From NCBI RefSeq assembly GCF_007126775.1, contig NZ_SLAP01000103.1:7322-71321 (forward strand): a stretch of DNA of 64,000 nucleotides, given 5' to 3'. Under the pieces are notes generated by a model that worked only from the letters and a program-made list of their open reading frames with translations, was not told the DNA's origin and searched no databases. This stretch comes from Cecembia sp. (GTDB taxonomy: Bacteria; Bacteroidota; Bacteroidia; Cytophagales; Cyclobacteriaceae). Both the position numbers and the translations under genes were made by a program. This document shows, piece by piece, positions 48,524-55,247 of this stretch (positions are counted from its first letter, which is position 1; the number at the start of each line of letters is the position of its first letter).

Positions 48524-51472
48524 ATGTTTATCAATTGCCACTCTTACTACAGCTTCAAATACGGCATGCTATCCATCGAATCCCTGGTCGCAGAAGCCAA
48601 AGGGAAAAAGCTGGATGCCCTGGCACTGACGGATATCAATTCGGTCTCGGGGGTATTTCCCTTTATCCGTGAGGCGCAGCAAAAGGGCATCCATCCTGTG
48701 ATCGGAATAGATTTCCGCAATGGGGTGAAACAGCAGTACATAGGACTGGCCAAAAATCAGGAGGGTTTTTACGAACTCAACAGACACCTCTCGCATAGAA
48801 GGACCAAAGGAATACCTTTTGAAGAGAAAGCACCGCCTTTTCAGCACAGTTTTATTGTGTATCCTTTCCGGGAAAGGACTTTTCCCCTAAGGGAAAATGA
48901 ATTTATAGGCATCCATCCTTACCAACTCAACCGCCTCGTCAAGTCTCCTTGGTATCGCTATAAAGACAAACTGGTGCTGTTACAGCCTGTCAGTTTTTCC
49001 TCTAAAATCGAATTTAATGCCCATCGTCTCCTTCGAGCTGTAGACAAAAATACCCTGCTTAGCAAACTGGAACCCGAAGAACAGGGAGACATCAGCGATC
49101 AGTTGTATTCCTATGCCGATATGGTGGGCCGTTGTGAGGGGCATAGCTACCTGCTGTATAACTCGCAACGCTTGCTTGAAGCCTGTCAGTTTTCCTTCTA
49201 CTTCCAGGCCGTCAAAAACAAGAGGGATATACTGGGATCGGATTGGGAGGACTATGATTACCTGCGGCAGGAAACCTTCAAGGGAGCAATCAACCGCTAT
49301 CCAAACCTGACCCCAGAAATCAGCAAACGCTTAGAAAAAGAACTGGAATTGATCCAGCAGAAGGGATTTGTGTCCTACTTCCTGATTAATTATGATATCA
49401 TCAGTTTTGCCCAGCAAAAAAACTATTACCATGTAGGTAGGGGTAGTGGTGCGAACAGTATCGTGGCCTATTGTCTGGGTATTACCGATGTAGATCCCAT
49501 CGAGTTGGACCTGTACTTTGAGCGCTTTATCAACCTGTATCGGGAAAACCCACCAGATTTTGACATTGACTTTAGTTGGACGGACCGGGATGAGGTGACG
49601 CAGTATATTTTTGACAAGTACAACAAAGATGGGCAGGAGCATGTAGCCTTGCTGGGTTCCTACAGCACCTTTCAGGCCAACTCCATGTTGAGGGAACTCG
49701 GGAAAGTTTTTGGCCTTCCCAAAACCGAGATCGAATCCCTTATTTACCATGCAGGTAAGTCCGGGTACATTCCGGATCAGTACGGAAAATTGATTCTCAA
49801 GTACAGCCAGGTCTTGCATGGTATGCCTTCACACCTGACCATCCATGCCTGCGGTATACTGATTTCTCATAAGCCGATACACTATTATACGTCCACAGAA
49901 ATGCCTCCAAAAGGATTTCCTCTGGCACATATCGATATGCATACGGCAGAGGAGATTGGCCTGCATAAGTTTGACATCCTCTCCCAGCGCGGCTTGGGAC
50001 ATATCAAAAGCGCCATAGAAATCATCTACCAAAATCAGGGAGTGCAAGTGGACATCCGACAGGTGGGAAAATTCAAAAAAGATCCCAAGATCAAAGAACT
50101 GCTGCGATCAGGCCATACCATCGGTGCCTTTTACGTAGAATCTCCTGCCATGCGCATGTTGCTGGCCAAGATGAAGGCAGACGAGTACCTGGAACTGGTC
50201 GCTGCCAGTTCTATTATCCGTCCGGGCGTGGCCCGCTCGGGAATGATGCGGGAGTATATCCTGCGGCATGTGGACACCGAAAGGCGCAAACAGGCCCATC
50301 CTGTGATGATGGATATCATGCCCGAAACTTATGGCATCATGGTTTACCAAGAGGATGTGATCAAGGTAGCCCACTATTTCGCCGAACTTTCACTGAGCGA
50401 AGCCGATGTCCTGCGAAGGGGCATGAGTGGGAAGTCCCGTTCCAAGGATGAATTTCAACGGGTGAAGGATCAGTTTTTCATCAATTGTGAACGCCTCGGC
50501 AGAGATCCTAAGATCACGGCAGAAGTATGGCATCAGATTGAGAGTTTTGCGGGCTACTCCTTTGCCAAGGGACACTCGGCTTCTTTTGCGGTGGAGAGTT
50601 ACCAGAGTTTGTACCTGAAGGCCTACTTCCCGTTGGAATTTATGGTGGGGGTGATCAATAACTTTGGTGGCTTCTACCATACCGAGTTCTATATCCACGA
50701 ACTTCGCATGAACGGGGCCGATATACAGGCACCGCATATCAACGAGAGCGATTACCTGACCAATATCAAATGCAGAACCGTGTATTTGGGTTTTGTTCAC
50801 TTGAAATATTTGGAGAAAAATTCTGTGGAAAAAATCCTGAGTGAGCGCAGGACCAATGGCGTATTTGCGGGTTTGTCAGACTTTATCGCCCGGGTTGGTA
50901 TCAGTTTGGAGCAACTGTTAATCCTGATCCGTATCGGCTGTTTCCGCTTTACGGGCAAGAGTAAGCAGGAATTGCTTTGGGAAGCACATTTTATATTAAA
51001 TAAGCGCAAAGCGGTGGCTACAGGAAATGAACTTTTCCGGCAGGCTGGTTTCCGGGAGCTCCAGGTTCCGGAATTGGAGGAATCCGATGTGCGTCAGGAG
51101 ATTGTGGACCAGATCGATATTTTGGAGTTTCCCTTGGATTCCCCTTTTCACTTAGTCAAAGATCAGACTGTATCCAGCATCAAGGCGAGGGATTTGAAGC
51201 AATACTTGGGCAAGCAGGTGCAGATCATCGGATATCTTGTTACTATCAAATATACCCGAACGGTGAAGGGGGATGTGATGAACTTCGGAACATTCGTCGA
51301 TAGAGAAGGAGACTGGATAGATACCGTACATTTTCCTCCTGTGGTGAAAAAAAATCCTTTTAAAGGCCGTGGCATCTACCTGATCAAAGGCAAGGTGACA
51401 CAGGAGTTTGACTTTTATAGTATTGAGGTGGAGAGTTGTGAGCGGATGGCGTATTGGAATGCGGCTGACTGA
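48524..51472 (+). CDS. dnaE2: error-prone DNA polymerase III alpha-type subunit (DnaE2/ImuC-like)
   Basis: 982 aa. Degenerate PHP N-terminus MFINCHSYYSFKYG, Pol III alpha core motifs (HACGILIS, FDILSQRGL, IRPGV, FAGYSFAKGHSASFA) and a C-terminal OB fold. Too short for replicative DnaE. GC content is clearly above its neighbours. Confidence 0.85.
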   Translation: MFINCHSYYSFKYGMLSIESLVAEAKGKKLDALALTDINSVSGVFPFIREAQQKGIHPVIGIDFRNGVKQQYIGLAKNQEGFYELNRHLSHRRTKGIPFEEKAPPFQHSFIVYPFRERTFPLRENEFIGIHPYQLNRLVKSPWYRYKDKLVLLQPVSFSSKIEFNAHRLLRAVDKNTLLSKLEPEEQGDISDQLYSYADMVGRCEGHSYLLYNSQRLLEACQFSFYFQAVKNKRDILGSDWEDYDYLRQETFKGAINRYPNLTPEISKRLEKELELIQQKGFVSYFLINYDIISFAQQKNYYHVGRGSGANSIVAYCLGITDVDPIELDLYFERFINLYRENPPDFDIDFSWTDRDEVTQYIFDKYNKDGQEHVALLGSYSTFQANSMLRELGKVFGLPKTEIESLIYHAGKSGYIPDQYGKLILKYSQVLHGMPSHLTIHACGILISHKPIHYYTSTEMPPKGFPLAHIDMHTAEEIGLHKFDILSQRGLGHIKSAIEIIYQNQGVQVDIRQVGKFKKDPKIKELLRSGHTIGAFYVESPAMRMLLAKMKADEYLELVAASSIIRPGVARSGMMREYILRHVDTERRKQAHPVMMDIMPETYGIMVYQEDVIKVAHYFAELSLSEADVLRRGMSGKSRSKDEFQRVKDQFFINCERLGRDPKITAEVWHQIESFAGYSFAKGHSASFAVESYQSLYLKAYFPLEFMVGVINNFGGFYHTEFYIHELRMNGADIQAPHINESDYLTNIKCRTVYLGFVHLKYLEKNSVEKILSERRTNGVFAGLSDFIARVGISLEQLLILIRIGCFRFTGKSKQELLWEAHFILNKRKAVATGNELFRQAGFRELQVPELEESDVRQEIVDQIDILEFPLDSPFHLVKDQTVSSIKARDLKQYLGKQVQIIGYLVTIKYTRTVKGDVMNFGTFVDREGDWIDTVHFPPVVKKNPFKGRGIYLIKGKVTQEFDFYSIEVESCERMAYWNAAD

Positions 51473-51477
51473 GGGGT

Positions 51478-51586
51478 GGTTCAATTCGCCGCGGCGAATT
51501 GAATCATTCTATGGCAGTCTTCAGACTACATTTACCACAGTCTTCAGACTGTGATTTTTTTGGTCCAAGTCAAAGACTTGAACCAG
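51478..51586. repeat. left composite inverted repeat (hairpin modules H1, H2a, H2b, H3) flanking fic
   Basis: H1 is the perfect 24-nt palindrome TTCAATTCGCCGCGGCGAATTGAA (51480-51503). H2a is AGTCTTCAGACT (51516-51527). H2b is CACAGTCTTCAGACTGTG (51536-51553). H3 is GGTCCAAGTCAAAGACTTGAACC (51562-51584). It aligns with the reverse complement of 52733-52832. Confidence 0.8.
51536..51561 (+). terminator. intrinsic terminator of dnaE2 (module H2b of the left repeat)
   Basis: 8-bp stem CACAGTCT/AGACTGTG followed by A and T7. Confidence 0.65.
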
Positions 51587-51623
51587 TGGATCCAGCTCGC
51601 AATGGCGAATCAACCAATTAGGA

Positions 51624-52592
51624 TTATCCATCATTAGCCGTTTTACCCTTGTAAAGGGTCATCCTCTTATCTCCCCACTTTTCAATCAAACCAAGTTGGA
51701 CGCCGTTTTTCAGGTCCCTGCTTGCCGTTGCCGGGGATAAATCCGGGAAAAAATTCAAATAATCTTTGCGGGTGAATTCTCCTTTGAAATTCAGTAAAAA
51801 TGCTTTCAACCTTTCCGTTTCCTTGAGTTTTTGGGTTGGTGTGGCCAAAAGTGCTTCCAATGAAAGTAGGATCACTTCCAGCATATACTCGATAAACTTA
51901 GTCGATTTACCTTCTTTATCTGAAGCAGACAAGGCATGATAATAGGCTTTTTGATTTTTAGAGATCAATGATTCGAATGGCAGAAACTCAAATAAGGGGT
52001 ACTTCTTCATCAAAATCACTGTTTGCCAAAGTCTTCCCATTCTCCCGTTTCCATCCATAAATGGATGGATAAACTCCATCTCATAATGAAAGACGCAGCT
52101 TTTTATGAGTGTTAATTCTGATTCATCTTTCAGATAAGCAAACAATTCCTTCATTAAGAAAGGCACATTAGAAGCAGGAGGTGCCAAATGGGCAACTTTT
52201 GAACCTTTCACAATACCTACACCTTGTGTTCTGTACGCTCCAGGTATCTTAACCAAGTCTTTCATTAACATTTTGTGTGCAGCCAAAAAATCTTTTTCAG
52301 AGGTATCTTTAAATTTTCGGATATTTTTGTAAACCTCCAATGCATTGAGTACTTCAATAATGTCTTTTTCAGGACCTACAACTCTCTTGTCATCAATGAT
52401 TGCAGAAACCTGCTCCTCAGAAAGCGTGTTGCCCTCTATATTCAAGGAAGAATGTATGGTCTTAATCTGGTTTTGCTTTCTTAGCTTTGGGCTTTGCCTG
52501 ACCAAATATACCGCTTGGGCTTCGCCAATTTTTTCCGAAACAACCGTCAATAGTTTTAAGATGGTTGGAGAAAGATCATAAGGAGGTTTCAT
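51624..52592 (-). CDS. fic: Fic family protein (class II, N-terminal inhibitory helix; C-terminal winged-helix-like domain)
   Basis: Fic motif HPFMDGNGRMGR, N-terminal inhibitory motif SLNIEG of the (S/T)xxxE(G/N) type, and a C-terminal ~70 aa resembling a wHTH. Confidence 0.9.
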   Translation of the reverse strand: MKPPYDLSPTILKLLTVVSEKIGEAQAVYLVRQSPKLRKQNQIKTIHSSLNIEGNTLSEEQVSAIIDDKRVVGPEKDIIEVLNALEVYKNIRKFKDTSEKDFLAAHKMLMKDLVKIPGAYRTQGVGIVKGSKVAHLAPPASNVPFLMKELFAYLKDESELTLIKSCVFHYEMEFIHPFMDGNGRMGRLWQTVILMKKYPLFEFLPFESLISKNQKAYYHALSASDKEGKSTKFIEYMLEVILLSLEALLATPTQKLKETERLKAFLLNFKGEFTRKDYLNFFPDLSPATASRDLKNGVQLGLIEKWGDKRMTLYKGKTANDG

Positions 52593-52599
52593 TACTTTT

Positions 52600-52623
52600 T
52601 GATAGTATCATTTGATAGTATCA
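52600..52623. promoter_or_regulatory. tandem palindromic operator candidate in the fic leader
   Basis: TGATAGTATCA (an 11-nt palindrome) occurs at 52600-52610 and again at 52613-52623, between the -7 box and the fic ATG at 52592. Confidence 0.55.
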
Positions 52624-52629
52624 AATATA
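52622..52629 (-). promoter_or_regulatory. candidate -7 promoter box (TATATTTG) of fic
   Basis: The minus strand reads TATATTTG, matching TAnnTTTG, 30 nt upstream of the fic ATG and overlapping the distal operator repeat. Confidence 0.5.
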
Positions 52630-52732
52630 ATGAATGTGATCAGTAAAAAATATCTCAAGATCAAAAATCCAGGAAATTAGGCCCATCAATCAATCCTCCC
52701 ATATTGATTAATAGAAATCATTATGGAAGTGT

Positions 52733-52832
52733 ATGGTTTAGTCTTTTGACTTGGACCTCATATGTAAAGTCTTTAGACTGCAAGAATCTAGTTCAAGCCC
52801 GCCTGCTTCGGGAAGGACTAAGTCTTGAACCA
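52733..52832. repeat. right composite inverted repeat flanking fic
   Basis: The reverse complement reads TGGTTCAA...TTGAACTAGATTCTTGCAGTCTAAAGACT-TTACATATGA-GGTCCAAGTCAAAAGACTAAACCA. It shares the order H1-H2-H3 and an exact 13-mer, GGTCCAAGTCAAA, with the left repeat. Confidence 0.8.
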
Positions 52833-52897
52833 TTATCGCCCAACCCAAAAAAACGAATGAAAACTAAATCATTATTGAACATATTTCTTCATGCATC

Positions 52898-53359
52898 ATG
52901 AGAAAAAAGGCCTCAAAAGTAAATGTGCCTGCTGTGGCATCCTATGGCAAAGCTGCCTTTTCGGTAGATTCCATACTTAATATGGAAATGGGACACTTCG
53001 ACGAGCCTTTAAACAGGGTGGAGACCTTTCGTGAGGGGCTTGGAAAAGATGCTTTTGAAAGTCTGAAAGCAGTGGCTGGCTTGGATTACAATACCCTAGC
53101 TACTGTATTGGAAATTTCCGCCAAGACCATTCAGCGTAAGGAAGTTTTTGATACCATACAATCTGAAAAGATGTTTGAGCTTGCTGAGCTTTATGCCATG
53201 GGCATTGCCTATTTTGGACTGGAAGGCTTCAAGAATTGGATGGAGAGACCCCTATTCTCTATTGGTAACAGGAAGCCCTTAGACTTAATTGATGTATCTG
53301 AGGGATTGGATATTCTAAAATCAGAAATCATGCGTTTGCAGCATGGGATAGCCATCTAA
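52898..53359 (+). CDS. Xre/MbcA/ParS-like antitoxin (DUF2384 toxin-binding domain)
   Basis: 153 aa. The C-terminal pattern FKNWMERPLFSIGNRKPLDLI...GLDILKSEIMRLQHG is typical of DUF2384 antitoxins that pair with RES toxins. Confidence 0.75.
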   Translation: MRKKASKVNVPAVASYGKAAFSVDSILNMEMGHFDEPLNRVETFREGLGKDAFESLKAVAGLDYNTLATVLEISAKTIQRKEVFDTIQSEKMFELAELYAMGIAYFGLEGFKNWMERPLFSIGNRKPLDLIDVSEGLDILKSEIMRLQHGIAI

Positions 53360-53364
53360 GAAGC

Positions 53365-53825
53365 ATGAAAGTCTTTAGAATAGCCCTGACCCAATACTGC
53401 GACGACAGCGGAGAAGGAGCCAAACGCTTTGGAGGCAGATGGAACTTGCTCGGACACCCCGCACTCTATGCTGGAGCAAGTATAGCCTCTTCCTTGCTTG
53501 AAAGATTGACCATAGATCCGGAATTGTTTGCGTCTGACAGGTATGTCAAATATTCAGTAATGGAAATCAATTTGCTGCAGAGCATATTTTCACCCCTTCC
53601 TTAGGCGAACTTCCTGCTGGCTGGAATTTGATACCTGCTGTAAAATCATCGATGCAATATGGTACAGAACTTCTGCAGTCCGGTACCTTGGTATTCGCTG
53701 TTCCTTCTGTGGTGGATAGTAGTTCGTTAAACTATGTCATCAACCCTATTTCCCCACAATTCGACTTGATTGAATACAGAGTTTACTTTTTGCCGCTGGA
53801 AAAAAGACTGATTAGAAGCGTATAA
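53365..53825 (+). pseudogene. RES-domain toxin gene disrupted by a frameshift
   Basis: ORF 53365..53604 carries the R and E regions (RFGGRWN, SLLERL). ORF 53628..53825, in the -1 frame, carries the S region (FAVPSVV). The second frame stays open upstream to about 53547 (..AAEHIFTPSLGELPAGWNLIP), so a single-nucleotide indel near 53569-53580 splits a ~154-aa protein. Confidence 0.7.
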
Positions 53826-53859
53826 AATCATGTGATTTTAGGATGTATTAGTCCAATCC

Positions 53860-54288
53860 TTACTTTTTCCTGCTTCCAAAAAATTGTCTAATAAAATCCT
53901 GACAGTTCATCACAGGGATCTCTGAAAAGTAAAAATCATTGATATCCTCAGTGATTAGCACATCGCAGCCCTTATCAAGCGCAGAATAATACTCCAAAGC
54001 ATCTTCAAAATCAATTGGGTATGGAAACATCGATGCTTGATTCACAGTCGACTGATCCACAGATGTACTTTTTATTTTTTGGGATAAAATCTGTAACTTT
54101 TGTTGGGCTATTTTACTTCCACTTTTTTTCTCCGAAAAATAATAGGCGATTGCTAAGCAAATAGGCGAAGTATATACCTGAAAGTTGGGCTTGTCCACTA
54201 AACTCAGCACCCTAGCGGCATAAGAGAATACTGGATACTCATGGTTGAGTACAGCGACAAGTACATTGGCATCAAGAAACAGCCTCAT
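53860..54288 (-). CDS. PIN-domain (VapC-like) toxin
   Basis: MRLFLDANVL N-terminus with acidic residues at the expected PIN positions (DFEDALEY, ITEDIND), 142 aa. Confidence 0.75.
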   Translation of the reverse strand: MRLFLDANVLVAVLNHEYPVFSYAARVLSLVDKPNFQVYTSPICLAIAYYFSEKKSGSKIAQQKLQILSQKIKSTSVDQSTVNQASMFPYPIDFEDALEYYSALDKGCDVLITEDINDFYFSEIPVMNCQDFIRQFFGSRKK

Positions 54289-54539
54289 TTTTTAGTATCG
54301 AAATAGGAGGACTTTAAGTCTTTTCGGCTTTTGGATTTGCCATAGGTAGCCTCACCTTCTGCCAACATCGACACCCAATCCGAAACAGGTAACTCATCCA
54401 AACGCTTATAGTCACCTGAAACGATTTTCTGATATAAAAATTCGGTCAAACGAGACAAACTCATATTTTGCTCTGAAGCAAATTTTTTAGCCTTCTCGAT
54501 AACCGCTTTGTTGAATGAAAGTGTGATTTTGGCATCCAT
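54285..54539 (-). CDS. cognate antitoxin (DUF6364-like small protein)
   Basis: 84 aa. MDAKITLSFNKAVIEKAKKFASEQNMSLSRL resembles the small antitoxins found upstream of PIN genes in Bacteroidota. ATGA overlap with the PIN start. Confidence 0.6.
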   Translation of the reverse strand: MDAKITLSFNKAVIEKAKKFASEQNMSLSRLTEFLYQKIVSGDYKRLDELPVSDWVSMLAEGEATYGKSKSRKDLKSSYFDTKK

Positions 54540-54550
54540 AAGTTTATCGA

Positions 54551-54589
54551 TTTTTATACGTACAAAAATATAAATTTTTACGTAAAAAT
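54551..54589. promoter_or_regulatory. two TACGTA-centred palindromes upstream of the antitoxin-PIN operon (candidate operators)
   Basis: TTTTTATACGTACAAAAA (54551-54568) and ATTTTTACGTAAAAAT (54574-54589). The TACGTA cores are 22 bp apart, and the first begins 12 nt upstream of the antitoxin ATG. Confidence 0.5.
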
Positions 54590-54635
54590 TTCATGTATGA
54601 TCCATTTTTTAACTCATTTTCAGTAACTTCGTACT

Positions 54636-55247
54636 ATGGAACAAGATAAGGAGATTTCAAAAATCAAAGAACCCATTAGTGAATATGGCAGGTTCTCCTA
54701 TGCTGACTACTTGACCTGGCAAATGGAGGAAATGGTCGAGCTGATCAAAGGCAAAATCTTCAAACAAGCGGCTGCTCCAAGGGTAAATCATCAAAGGTTA
54801 TCCCTAAAAATATCCAGTGAGCTTTACAATATTTTGAAGGGTAAAAAATGTGAGGTTTTTGCAGCTCCTTTTGATGTTCGTTTACCTGTCAATTCAAAAA
54901 AAAATGAAGATATAGATACTGTTGTCCAACCTGATATCTGTGTGATTTGCGATTCTGAAAAGATCGACGAGCTTGGATGTATTGGCGCTCCTGATTTAGT
55001 CGTAGAAATCCTTTCTCCAGGAAACAACAAAAAGGAACTTCAGAATAAATATGAAGTTTACGAGGAATCAGGAGTCAAGGAATACTGGGTGATCCACCCC
55101 AACGAATGTACCCTAATGATTTATACATTAATCGATGGGCAATACCAACCTTCAAGACTATTGACGATGGGGGATACCGCAAAATCTAAAGCAGTAGCTG
55201 GTTTTGAATTGGATTTAACTTTCTTGTTTGATAATATCAATTCATAG
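54636..55247 (+). CDS. Uma2 (DUF820) family endonuclease
   Basis: 203 aa. The PD-(D/E)xK-like pattern VQPDICVICD...GAPDLVVEILSPGN...KYEVYEESGVKEYWVIHP is typical of Uma2. Confidence 0.75.
   Translation: MEQDKEISKIKEPISEYGRFSYADYLTWQMEEMVELIKGKIFKQAAAPRVNHQRLSLKISSELYNILKGKKCEVFAAPFDVRLPVNSKKNEDIDTVVQPDICVICDSEKIDELGCIGAPDLVVEILSPGNNKKELQNKYEVYEESGVKEYWVIHPNECTLMIYTLIDGQYQPSRLLTMGDTAKSKAVAGFELDLTFLFDNINS

Noticed and set aside
49331-51484. Cluster of long minus-strand ORFs inside dnaE2 (49331..49819, 50108..50374, 50390..50800, 50797..51009, 51152..51484)
   Set aside because: All are antisense to a polymerase ORF with unmistakable Pol III alpha motifs. Their abundance is explained by the locally higher GC content, which depletes stop codons, and they have no motifs.
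51562-51584. GGTTCAAGTC-type words suggesting a tRNA T-arm fragment (att site)
   Set aside because: The flanking bases do not form a 5-bp T stem around a TTCAAGT loop, and no acceptor-stem remnant is present.
51478-52832. Hairpin modules interpreted as integron attC sites (a CALIN-type cassette array)
   Set aside because: The two copies are inverted relative to each other, whereas attC sites in an array share one orientation. I could not find RYYYAAC/GTTRRRY core sites. No intI gene is present.
52704-52901. 65-aa ORF (TTG start) ending in an ATGA overlap with the Xre antitoxin start
   Set aside because: It is composed almost entirely of the right inverted-repeat hairpin modules, has a non-ATG start with no upstream signal, and has no recognisable fold. 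The ATGA overlap is probably coincidental. It is kept in mind only as a possible leader peptide.
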